Of a stretch of DNA of 64,000 bases, positions 44,801-57,852 are shown one piece after another; the first letter of the stretch is position 1; every line of letters begins with the position of its first letter. Both the position numbers and the translations under genes were made by a program. The DNA is from Chrysomallon squamiferum (lineage: Eukaryota > Animalia > Mollusca): positions 29,450,001 through 29,514,000 of the forward strand of contig CM022672.1 of the NCBI GenBank assembly GCA_012295275.1. Reading direction: 5' to 3'. Below the pieces are notes generated by a model, which worked only from the letters and a program-made list of their open reading frames with translations, was not told the origin of the DNA and did not search any database.

Positions 44801-46551
44801 AACCCTGCAGTTAATAGTTAACTGTCACCATTTATAAAAAGAAAATTTTTAAAATGTGCAGAACACTTTATAAATAGTGCACTATTACAAATAGAACCAC
44901 TGTAATTTTAGAGATGGCTGAAAATGTAATACAATAACTATGCATATTTATAAATATAATTTTACCCAGTCAGATCTGTGGTTTATTTTCTTCAACACCC
45001 CTTTTCAAACAATTTTGAAGGTGGACACTCCCTACTGTTAAATTTTATACTGATCACAAAGAATAATGAATTATGTAGTGAAGTTATAACCACTGACAGC
45101 CCCCCCCCCTATTTTCACAGCAATTAAAGTGGGCACAACTACCCATGTTAAAGATCTTTGAGTTAGCTAGACAGTTGAATTATCTACAATCTAAAATAAT
45201 GATTATTTAACTGTGGAATGATCTGTGTACACATTTTGTTAAGATAATGTTGTCTTGTTAAAGTTATAATGGAATTCTAACATTTCTGTGTGTGTGTGTG
45301 TGATCTAGAATACAACATTTGAGTCTACCGCAAACTGTCATTCATTCTTTGTCTGTGTAACTGTTTAAATATTAAATACAATAATCAGATTTTTTTGTTT
45401 TTCAATGTTCATGTGGCTAAAGATTTCCTCTTTGATCCAAAAATGCATTCTTCATATTTGTAAAATACAGAACCTGAAAACAAACAATAAAATTAAGTTG
45501 TGACTGTGACAGAGTAATATACATAGCATATTAGAGAATCACAGCTAAACTGTTAAAGGCAGATATTAAAAATTAATTGTTTGTAATAAAACCAATATGT
45601 TCCTTATGTTGTAATTTATACAAACTGCACTATCAAAAATTCAAAGTATTAATATCTGTTCTGTTATACAGATTCTGTTTGTTTTGTTATATTTTTTTAC
45701 TGTATACATTATCAAATATGTAATAAAGCACTTAACAACTACTGAGAAGATCAGAGAGTTTAAAATTACCATGTCGAAATTTATTTTGAGGCTATTTGTG
45801 TACATTTTCTACTGTCTGGGCCATAACTGTTAGAGTCACAGATTGCATACAGGTCACAGACAACAGAAAGTTTCTGTATTTCAAGTGATTAAATTGTGTT
45901 TATCTTTTACAACAGGACACCTGTTGACACATTTCAAATGGTATGTAGCTGTATAATCTGTGTTCTTTGTGTACGGATACAAATTATTTAGTTTTTGAAT
46001 ATTTCACTGCCTACTTTTTTCAGTAAAGTAATCCCCATCAAACTTTGCAGTAAACTGTCATTCTGTTATACCAAAACAGAAGAGTTACCTGTTCAAATAA
46101 GAATTTGTCATTCCAGCTGTGTTTTTATTTCTAGCAATAATCTCACCACGTTTTATCAGCATATTTATGTGTGACATCCAAATGGTGATATGTCTTGTAA
46201 TGTAGATTAAATTCCAGCAAAGTGATAATAATTCTAAGAGTAATTATTATTCCAGCCAAAGCCAAATATCTGATTTACAAAGGGCTGTAGTGAACAGTTT
46301 ATTTTAAACAAGATGTGTAATTAGCTGAAATCACCAGTATCTCAGATGACTTGTACAAATAATTCTTCTTCCATGCCTTGATGGGCATCAAAATTTAAAC
46401 AAAATATTTATCAGAATGGATTTGAATGGATTAGTATAAAAATGTAATACCAAATATCATTCCCAAACAATTGATCAATCAATAAATCAGTAAAACAAAC
46501 AAATAGATTTTTGATGTATGTAGTTAAGTATATATAATATACTTACACAAT

Positions 46552-48351
46552 TCAGGACTGCCATTCCATCTGCATAATTCGAATGAGATCACTTTCAAGT
46601 TGTGGTCCAAACAGCGGATTCAACTGACAGACGAATGCAGTTAGCCAGCTGTAAACATAGCAACAGTCAGTGTAACCACAGCAACATCAGTGTAAACAAC
46701 AACAATAACATAAGTAATTAAGTACAACAATAACAGAGTACCATTCAAGAATATCTTAGTGCTTCTCTTTTTCACTAGTGATGTCACTGCATACATGGCA
46801 GATTTATTTGTTTGAGTTTCTTCCAGCTTTGTCAGAAAAAGTACAAATATCACTCCATCTTTATGTGATAATGTAATAATTATTGTATTATAAACATAAT
46901 GCAGTGTAAATAATCATGACTGACTAAAATAACAACTTGGAAGTATCACAAGTTTGATTAGATTATTTATTTAAAATGCTAAAACAGTTAAAGAACTTAA
47001 CAATTATTACTCTTTATAAATAACTTACAATATGTAGCAACAAGCAGCTGTCAAGATTAGCATTATCTGGATTATTCTGTAAAGAAAAGAAAAAGAAAAA
47101 TGTAATTAAAAGCTGACAACAATCAAAATACAAACATGAACTTACCAGGAATGAAGGTATCCTGGAATTTGAATAGGTCAAACGCTGTCACCATTTTCTC
47201 TCCAACACTAATTCAGTAATTTGATCAGTGGCATGCATGCCTGTGGTATGAAGTGTGGCATCAGGCCCGTAGTGCCACCTCAAGGGAAGTGCCACCGGGC
47301 ACTTTCTGTTAAACATGTTAAATATTGAATAATCTGTTTTATCTGGTTGTTCAGTCGTTATTTTGAAATCACATTTCTTTAAATTGAATTAATATGAATT
47401 TAAAAAGCTGGTTTTATGCTTGAAATATCTGAAAAATTGCTGTCACTGAAAACATGCCATGATGATATAATAGAACAATATTTTGTTCATTATCAGGTTG
47501 AAAATTGCTGTTAACTTATATACTACAACACAATTTTCTTTAAATATAATTTAAATCATATTTTTGATAGGATTAATTTCTTCAAGATTGTCCTTAATCA
47601 TCGAGATCATGAATATGTGTTACTGTTTTACTAAAACAACATAATCACAGCAGAACGGTGTGTAAAATGTGTTCTCTGACTGTGACTACAACAATACCTA
47701 TATTTCATATGCTGATTCTCAAATTATTGTTGTTTTGCTTCCATATTGTTGCAACAATGATAGCCAAATAACGTACATTAACGTACATTACCTTAAGTAC
47801 TGGTACAAAAAAATAATTTATTAAATAACAAACGGTTAATAATTTTATAAAACTATAAAAAAAACTCTCATGATCACAAATTCTATGACAAGAGCATTAT
47901 TTAACAGATATAAAATTTAAAGTCATAACAGACATAAGTGATAAGATGATACGTCACTTAGTGTAAATACCTGCCAGAACCTTTTCAATGGCATTCGTTT
48001 TTAAAACACGTAAAACCAGTAATCAGTAAGAAATACTAATGTAATATTCAAAATAATTATTTGCAGTTTGGAATTTATCATAATTATATAGTATACTTAC
48101 AGTATTACAAAATATACCATATTATGCATAAAGAGTATGTCAACTGTTACGATCATACGCCATACGGAAGTGATATAAAATCTTAACTTAGAGAACTTGC
48201 TACTAAAATAGCAGATATAAAATAATATTTTAAAAATACTTTACCCTTTGTTACTCGATCTCCACATGAAAAACTGAACTAAAACTGGCAAGATGATGCC
48301 AATAAAGGCAAACACAGCCGTCACAATTCCAACAACCAGACCTGTGTCCAT
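46552..48351 (-). CDS. ATP6V0E: V-type proton ATPase V0 subunit e (83 aa). Exons 48351-48245, 47076-47029, 46648-46552; 3'UTR intron from 46546 to about 45474
   Basis: Spliced translation MDTGLVVGIVTAVFAFIGIILPVLVQFFMWRSSNKGIIQIMLILTAACCYIFWLTAFVCQLNPLFGPQLESDLIRIMQMEWQS*. It carries the diagnostic CCY.FW and QLNPLFGPQL motifs; introns are GT-AG. Confidence 0.95.
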
Positions 48352-48366
48352 TTTGTTAAATTATAA

Positions 48367-48391
48367 GTCACATGACTTTCGTCACACATGA
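48367..48391 (-). promoter_or_regulatory. Two M-box/CLEAR-type E-boxes just upstream of the ATP6V0E start codon
   Basis: Minus strand GTCATGTGAC (48376-48367) and TCATGTG (48391-48385), 16-40 nt before the ATG. MITF/TFEB control of V-ATPase genes through such boxes is established in flies and mammals. Confidence 0.6.
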
Positions 48392-49450
48392 TAGCTGTAC
48401 GATAAATTAGTTCATCGTATCGAGCCAAATGTTTGGGTCTTGAATTCAGACGGAGGCACCACTAGCAATCGACAGTGATATATATTAAAATAAAATAAAA
48501 TAAAATAAAATAACAGGAGAATAACAATAATAGTAATAAATATATATAAATATAAATTCTAAAAGAAATTATTAAAAATGAAATAAGTAAATTCACACAG
48601 TAACAGCGATTAAAGTCCTTACTTTTTACTGCAACGCAGGTTAAAGATTTGTAGTGATGATATTTCGTCGGGTAAGAGTGATTTTATTTATTTATTTATT
48701 TAAGTTGCTGTTGGTGTTGTGGTTGTCTTTCAGATTATTTTCTGATTTTAGGCACAGTACCATCTATTCTTTTATCTACCAACTTTTTGAAATTTTCATT
48801 TATTTTTTAATTACTTGATTTATTTAAATTTTCATTTGTGCATTTGTGTGACGGAACCTCATTAGTGCCTCTTTGCCAGACTTGTTTTTAATTGTAATTT
48901 TCTTTTCTATGCGGTGAATTATATAATATTCACAAAATACTTATTTTTATATGCCCATTTAAAGCAGAATGTCTGCTACTTTTAAACTTAAGTATATTAT
49001 TAAGTAATATTTACTTAGCTATCTTGTATAATCATGTTTATAATTTATATTTTTGCATTTCTTAAATGTTTACCTAATTAATGTCGGAAAATGGGGGTAA
49101 TTACACAAAATCTAAATATCAGAGCGTATGCAGACGTACATGGGCTATTTAGAAACTGTATTATATAATTAGGGGAAGTTCCGTTATTTTATAAACTAAG
49201 AAACACTGGGATTAACAAACTCAAAACGGGCATTAAAATTGCAAAGTAAATTCAGAAAGATTGTCTGCAGAGGTGTTTACTGAACACCCGCGCGCTGGTT
49301 ATATAAGTAGCAGCACGCGTTTTGAACGGGATCTCTTTGATTGGTGCCCTGCTTGAGACACGTTGTATGAGTACCACTCAGACAATTGTAACTATATATT
49401 ACACTTGAGGGTTAATTTATATAAACTATATATATATATATATATATATA

Positions 49451-49577
49451 TATTGAATTCTTGTTTGTGTTATTGTTCTCTAATGGATACGGAATAGTCA
49501 TTTAGCAGTTTAAACCGTCTCAGATAATTAACACCTTGTCACCTTGTGACGCTATTGTAGTCTGCTACCCTTTAGAC
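49451..49577 (+). repeat. Dispersed ~125-bp repeat, copy 1
   Basis: Closely similar to 59341-59464 (GGATAC.GAATAGTCATTTAG.AGTTTAA...GTCTCAGAT.ATTAACACCTTGTCAC...GTCTGCTACCCTTTAGAC). Confidence 0.85.
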
Positions 49578-49646
49578 GGGATGAGCCAAATTTTAGTAAT
49601 TAATACTACTCAGAGTAGTAATAATTTGTTATTATTATTAACATCA

Positions 49647-49705
<59 letters not shown>

Positions 49706-49778
49706 TAATTAATTAAATATATATATATGCTGGTGTGAGGGTAAAAGCGCAATCATTGGACAGTAAACTATTAACATC

Positions 49779-49851
<73 letters not shown>

Positions 49852-49889
49852 AGACATATACACAAACATACACACCAACATATATACAA

Positions 49890-49929
<40 letters not shown>

Positions 49930-50668
49930 TTATTTATTTATTTATTTATTTGTTTATTTTGTGTCTGTGAGGGTATATATTCAGTCATTCGGCAGTAAAA
50001 CTATTATTGTTTATTTTCAAAAGCATAAATGAAAGAAGTTAGGAGTATTTGGCTCACAAGTTTCACCTTCAAGTGTCAGTGAGTGAGAGAGAGAGAAGGA
50101 AAAAGAAAGAGGCAGAGTGGGGGAGAGACACACACACCAACACATGTATACACCCACATATATACAAGTATTTTATAACTATTGTTGTTATTGATATTAT
50201 TGATTTATTAATTTATTTGTGATTTCTTGTATACATTTGATCTTACGCCACACTGGGATATGGCACTGTTGACAGTTTCAAGTTACTAAAATCTCTTCTA
50301 AACTTTTATCTCGGTCAATGCTTGTAAATAGGTCATAATCATTCACACATTCGACGTGAAACCGCTGAATAGGCGCGGCTTTAAAGGACAATTTGCAGTA
50401 ACGATTTCTTACAGGTTATTTTCATTATAAAGAGAAATTTAAAGCAAATTTTATTTCAGAAAATATAGAATTAATTAATATTATTCAAATAATTATATCC
50501 TCTGACAGCAAATTTACTGTAATTATAATCCGAAAGAAAATAAAAAATGATTTCAAAATTATCATTAAGAATCTCGCTATTAGAAAGCGGCTTTAGTAAG
50601 AAAAGGTTGGCTGTCAGAGAAATAAACCTGAAACCGTTTACTAGTAATCGTCACATTTTGAATGTGCC

Positions 50669-50827
50669 ATGTTTCGAGCTGGTGTATTTTGTGTTCGGCC
50701 TTTTCATTTGAGAACGCCATTGCATATCGTGAGATGTCGTTGTGACGCTGCTAAACACAAGTTGAAGTCAGAGTATGACGTTGTAGTTGTCGGTGCAGGT
50801 AAGGTGTTACAGAGAAAGGCTGACGTT

Positions 50828-50884
<57 letters not shown>

Positions 50885-50926
50885 CACGAGAATTCTTGTT
50901 CGATATCAGCTATAGTTCGTATGTTA

Positions 50927-50992
<66 letters not shown>

Positions 50993-51525
50993 AATATAAC
51001 AAAATACGACATTAGAGATATTAGTAAACAACATACATTGATTCCCACCTACAAACGCGCGCTTTTTTTCTATCTTCATATCATTCTCTAAGTTTGTATC
51101 ATTTTTCATCTGTCTGTTAGTGTTCAAGTCCCATCTCGAGTTCTAAAAGATTCTGATGCCTCCTTAGCCGTAATAGCCAAGTTCCCCAAAAACCCCAGTA
51201 TAATCATATTCATTGATATATTTCATAAAACAAGTCAAGTTTTATTTAATAAGTTAATTATTTTGCACGACACGATTTCCTGGCCATGGACTTTAATAGG
51301 TTCAGAAGAATGAGTTATTAATATCTCGTATTTAAATTGCTCTGCATTTTCACACACACACCACGTTGGGAAATATACTAATCTGTCTGTCTTTTTGCGA
51401 CAGTTTTTCTACGTATATGTATCTTGTAATTTTATTCTTTCTTTCCTTTGGTTAATATTTTAATAATTTTTTTGACAGGTCACAATGGACTAATATCGGT
51501 ACGTATAATAATAATAATAATAATA

Positions 51526-51568
<43 letters not shown>

Positions 51569-51901
51569 TACAACATCTCTATATTCGTTTATGTGTGCGT
51601 GAGAGAGAAATGTAATGGTTATACTAATAGTATTATTATTAGTAAACAATAATGGTAATATAGTAGTAAAAGAGAATAGCTGTAGTAATATAGTATTAGT
51701 AATAGTAGTTGCAGCAGCAGTGGTAGAAGTAGTAGTAATAAGGATAAAAAAGTATGTTTATTTCTCACAGGCCTCGTATCTACAGAAAGCTGGACTCGAT
51801 GTCTGTGTACTTGAGAAACGTCACGTGATCGGAGGAGCGGCGGTCACCGAAGAAATTATCCCAGGTAGTTTTTTACCTCCCCTCCCGACATATACAGCCG
51901 T

Positions 51902-51943
<42 letters not shown>

Positions 51944-52303
51944 TAATAATAAGTAAATAAATAAATAATAAGTTTCGCCAGTACATATCAACAGTGCTAT
52001 TTTAGATACTTCATTTTTATATATTTAGCTAATCATTTATTTATTTATTTATATTTTATTTTAGCCTTCATTCATTGATTATTCATTCTTTCATTTATTC
52101 ACTGTTTCATTCTTTCTCGAAATAAATGGCCCAAGTCAAACAATAAAAACGTAATATTGCCATAGTAATATTAGTTATTGATAAATATATACAAACATGT
52201 ATTACTTTATTCATACAACCTTGATTTTAATTAATATACTAGATAATTTGTCATTTATTTTCTTTCTTTTTCTTTTCTTATTCTTATATCTGTTTTATTA
52301 TTC

Positions 52304-52372
<69 letters not shown>

Positions 52373-52783
52373 TGTTGTTGTTGTTGTGTTGTTATTGTTG
52401 TCCTTAAGAAAAAGAACCCTTTAAAATTAATCTAAATAACAGTTAAAACAAACAAATTTTTTTTTTGTAGGAACTTCACTTGTGTTATTACATAAACTTT
52501 TTAAAATTTTATTTGCTTGTTCTGTTGTTATGTTGACATCGCGTTTCTTCAAATCGGTATAATATAAACTTACATGTCCTCATTTGAATCAGCGGTTAAA
52601 AAAGTTGTAATATTTGTGCAAATTTCTGTAATGTTGATATATTCTCAGTGACGTTGTATTCGGCAACACCCGATTTGTTGTTGTGTAGACTTCCATACAC
52701 TGCTGCTGCTGCATCTAATACTTAGCTACTACTACTACTGCTATTAATACTGCTACTACTACTGCTATTACTACTACCACTAC

Positions 52784-52852
<69 letters not shown>

Positions 52853-53273
52853 TATAATTATAATAACAACAACAACAATATTAATAAGCGTAAAAACAAA
52901 AAAATCAAATAAATAAATAAATAAATAGTATTATTCTTATTGTTATTATTTATATAATTATTGCTTATGTTGTTGTTGGTGTTGGTGGTGTTGTTGTTGT
53001 TGTTGTTGTTGTTGTAAACAGGTTTCAAATTTTCAAGAGCTTCTTACCTACTGAGTCTGCTCAGACCACAGGTTACTGAGGAGTTGGAACTAAAGGTATA
53101 GTACGTTTTCTTTCAATTTGTATGCTGACAATCAAAATTTGAAATTTCACTTGTTTTCACGATACTCTTAATATTTTATTCGTATCGTAAGATTTTTCAT
53201 TACGTTTATGGCAAATAGTCCTAAACAAATGTAAATTTACAAAAATATTATATTATAGTTTGTCCATAGAAAA

Positions 53274-53316
<43 letters not shown>

Positions 53317-56300
53317 ATATTTTTATTATCAGTTGTCAAAACTTGGTTCAGGTCCAGTGCTTGACAACTCGTTATCAAATGATGATCACGTGGTGTAATA
53401 TGTAGTCTTCGGAAATTGTCGGAGAAGCCGAAAACAACAATATTATCATTTCTCTCCTCTTGCTACTTATATACTAGTTTTTATGTTCATTTTCTTTTTG
53501 TATTTTTTTTTTCTTTTTCTTTCTTTCTTTCTTTCTTACTATTTATTTATTTATTGCTTGTTTTGTTTTTTTTGCTGTTGTTGTTGCTTTTTTTTTAATT
53601 TTTGTTTTTTTATTTTTATTTTTAATCCGGTTTCGATTTCAGAAATATGGCCTGAAAGTACACCTACGAAATCCAAATTCGTACACGCCATTGATTACAC
53701 CAGGGGGAAAGAATGGAACAGCGAGATCGTTACTGTTGGGGAGAGACAGAGAAGAGAACAGCAAACAAATAGCGCAGTTCTCCGAGAAGGATGCTAAGGT
53801 CAGGATTACCTTTCATTAAAATATTTCCACAGTTACAACTGATTTATAATAATAATAATGAAATTTAAAGAAAAAATAAAAAATAAAAAATAAAAATAAA
53901 TAATAAATTATAATATAAGCCACGATCCATTCTTATTCTTAAACATATATCTGTAACTATCTATCTATCTATCTATCTATAATAGAAATAATAATAAAAA
54001 ATAAAAGAAATAAAAACTTCCTGATAAACTAAAGATAAACTGTGTTTTCAGCGATTTGCTTTGTTATTTTCCTGGTTCTGTATCGGCAAAGAATAACAAT
54101 AGAGCATGAAATTAAGACTTATTTTCTTAAAGACTCGTAGGTTTCTAGATCGCTTTTTTTTTATAACAATTAATCTAGTAGATTAGATAATTAAGGATGA
54201 AAAATTCTGGCTGCCATCCTTATACTGGTTTCTTTTTTATGTTAGATCAAGATCATAATCCTGATCTAACTTCTGATATTGTTTTAGAATACAATTGATA
54301 AACAGATATATATGGGTGTTACTTTGGAGTGTGATCTACAACTTAAACAGCGACGATAAAAGAAATGTCAGTTTATAAGATTGTATATTCCTTTAACTTT
54401 AACAGGTAAAGTAATACTTTTAGATTATTATACATATATAAGAACATCACTTCCAGGCTTGTTTCATCGATAAAATTATTCATCTTTTTAGCCCTTGTAT
54501 CTATAAATTATAAATATATAATAAAAAAAATTAAAAAAAAATAAAAATAAAAAAAAAACATAAAAAAATATAATAATAATTAAAATTAATCTGTAGAATT
54601 TGCTTGTTGTAGAATAAGCGCACAGATCACACACGTTTGATTTTCTTGTGTTTCTAGCAGATATTCGTTCATTCGATATACTTATTCACCTTTTACGGTC
54701 AGTTCGTCGATAAATTATAACTATATAATAAAAAGACGAGAATAAACAAAATAATAATTAAAATAAGCGCGTAAAATTGTCTCGGTATAGATCACTAGAT
54801 CGCGTAGATCACGCGCCAAAGCAGGATTTTTTCGATGTCGATCACTGCATCTTGTGTATTAACACGCCAAAGTAGCACCCATATGTCTGTGTGTATGTAT
54901 ATATGATAAGACTAAGGTTATTGTTTTTGTTCTATGACAACAAATACTGCTACAACTACAACTATTGCTACTACTACTTTTACTACTACAACTGCTGCTG
55001 CTGCTCTTTGCATAATAGTTTAGTAATAAAATGCATGCAAGATCAAATCAAAGATAATATTGTTAAAAATATATTTTAAAAATTTATATAATCACGAATA
55101 TTTCGAGCAATACTTAAGGCAGGGTATAGCACGTATTGTCAGTGTTTGAAAACGTGACGTACATCGTTTATCTCACGTCGAAGCTTATGTACAAGTCTAA
55201 TTTGTTAGTTTAATAGGCTAAAATATTTCACCAACATGACATCTCTTATTTATTTATTTAATGTGTGTGTGTGTGTGTTTATTTCAAGTATTGCTATTCC
55301 TTTTTAATTTAATTAAAGTATTAATTATATCCACTATAATGGTGGGTAACTCCACGTTCGCAATTTGTCCTGTTTATTGTAAAGCTTGTCTTACACAGAT
55401 TTACACAGACTACGAGGATCTGTTGGAAAGAATAGTAACAGCAATGCAATCAGTTTTAGACCACGCCCCTGTGTCAATCACAACTCTCTCTAACGCCTCC
55501 CTCAGAGAAAAATGGGAAAATCTTCGATCAGTAAAAGCATTACTTACATCAGGTAAAATATTAATACTGTCCGTTCCGGCCTAAGCTCCGGAACAAGTAG
55601 TTGTGCTGTTATCCTTGGGATTAATATATATATATATATTTATTTATTTATGTATTATACCGTTGTGCTGTTCCACTGCTATCTAGCTGTTATTATAGTC
55701 GTTTTCTTTTAGAAATGATACTGATTAAAGTTACAGAATTTTGTTGTTCATTTACGACAAATAGATTAATGAGACCGAGTACCCGTTTCCTGTGGACTCA
55801 GTTGTATTACACTTTTTGTACTGTTCCACTGCTATAACTTATGTCCTGCTTATGACAATCACAAACGTTTGAGGGTGATTATTATTTTTGTTCATTACCA
55901 CGTACAATTCTGAAAAACACGTATGCTTTTTAATGACCATTAAATAGCAATTACTGCTGCTCATCCAAAACTTTTATCAGCTGTTTCGGCAAAATCATTT
56001 CGAATTTATTCTAGGAGGTTATTTCGGTGATTATTCATAAATATGATATTAATGCAAAATAACGAAGGCGTTTCTATAAAAGAGGCTTTCACCCACGTTC
56101 AAGCATACTTACCTGGTACGGGAGGTTACCATGATCCGCAAGGTGGTCCTCCCAGGGCGAGGCCTTTCCATTGCACTCCGGTTGGGCTGACCCCTGCGAT
56201 CGCCCCAAATGCGGGCGACTCGAGTACGTAATTTTTTAGTGTGGGGGTCTGCGTTCGCGCTAACCCCTGAAAATTCAAAACGAAAAACAGTTTCTAAAAA

Positions 56301-57112
56301 ACCTCTCAAAATGCCCGTACTGCAAAACGTCTTTCTCTCATTCACTTGGATATTAACTTAAAATTCAAAATTAAAAACAGTTTCTGAAAACTTATTGTTA
56401 CATATTTTTTGTTTTCGTTGTCTTCGTCTTTTATTTTTATTAGTGTTCTATGTAGTTGAAAAAGTGTCAATTTTATTTTCAGTTAAAAATCTAGGAAAAG
56501 ACTTACCTGTATTCTATCAATTTATGACGGCTCCTGCACAAAAGGTAGTTTAGATAGAAAATGTAGTTTATGGTTATTTTAATATAATCATCTGAATTTG
56601 TTTTAAAGTTATATGTACTGGTGTCATCAAATAGCTAAATCGCGCTCATTTATTTGTTTACTGTTTAGTTTTGTTTTCCTTTTTTTTTCTTCTGTTCGTA
56701 TAATGTTTGTATATTTTACAGTTGTATACTTACAGTTATATATGGTGTGACATCATGAATAGCCTGTGCATTCTATATTCAGCTTCTGTTCGTATTACTA
56801 TTATAGTTAGTACTGTCCATTATAATTACTGTAATTGCAGTTACTATTCCATTACTATTAATTACTACTGCCCTGTAATATTTTTCAATTTCGTTTTTCA
56901 TTCAAATTATTATTATTGTTTTGTAATTGTTATGCTAATGTTCTTACTTATCACTTTTATTATTATTATTTTTTTTAAATTAATTTATTTTTTTACTCAG
57001 ATACTTGACCAGTGGTTTGAATCGGAGCCTCTAAAAGCTACTCTGGCCACAGACTCTGTCATAGGCGCCATGATAACTCCTAAAATGCCTGGAAGTGGGC
57101 ACGTACATAGTA

Positions 57113-57159
<47 letters not shown>

Positions 57160-57812
57160 TTCAGTTCTTGTGGTATAAGGATACCCAAGTTTTACGAAGT
57201 AATTTGTTTCTAATGATAATTTGTAAAATTAAATAAATTTACGGACAGACACCAAATGCATTAATTGGAGTTGTCTTCTCATGGAAATAAAGGAGATAAA
57301 ATATTTTAACTTTAAAGCTGACCGATAATGAAACAATTCTGTATTTAAATATTATTAATATTTAATACGTAAATGATAATGAAACAATTCCATATTTAAA
57401 TGTTATTAATATTTAATACATAAATGAAATAAAGTAAAACTTCTGAGGTTATTTGTTTGTTTATTTATTTAATTTTTAAATGAAATAAAACTTTTCAGGT
57501 ATGTTCTTCTTCATCACGTAATGGGGGAACTAGAAGGCGTGAAAGGGGCCTGGGGGTACGTTGAAGGTGGAATGGGAGGGGTTTCCAAGGCTATTGCAAA
57601 CTGTGCAGAAGACCATGGAGCCAGCATCTTTGTAAATAGAGTGAGTAAATATTAATAACAAATAACAGAAGAAAGAAAAAGGAAAATAAGAGAAAACAAA
57701 ATTTTATAATATATTTATTAATGATATTTTATTTTCTGTTAAGAGACAATTATTCTAATATAGGAGAGATCTGGTTTCTATTTGTATCTGTTTTTTATTT
57801 ATTATTTCTTTG

Positions 57813-57852
<40 letters not shown>

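Noticed and set aside
49331-49400. Possible U7 snRNA (TCTCTTTGA after a TATA)
   Set aside because: No U7-type Sm site (AATTTGTCTAG-like) or convincing 3' hairpin.
56105-56116. Idea that the intronic U1 is a dedicated suppressor for the gene's GC donors
   Set aside because: Its 5' end is canonical (ATACTTACCTG). A GC-specific U1 would read ACTTGC.
56043-56345. 62-aa and 78-aa ORFs over the U1 locus
   Set aside because: By-products of the GC-rich snRNA sequence.
56500-56510. GACTTACCTG resembling a second U1 5' end
   Set aside because: It lies in PYROXD2 exon 7 (codons D-L-P) with no U1 body following.
57103-57108. Canonical GT donor for PYROXD2 exon 8
   Set aside because: It puts exon 9 out of frame with an early stop, so it cannot give the main product.
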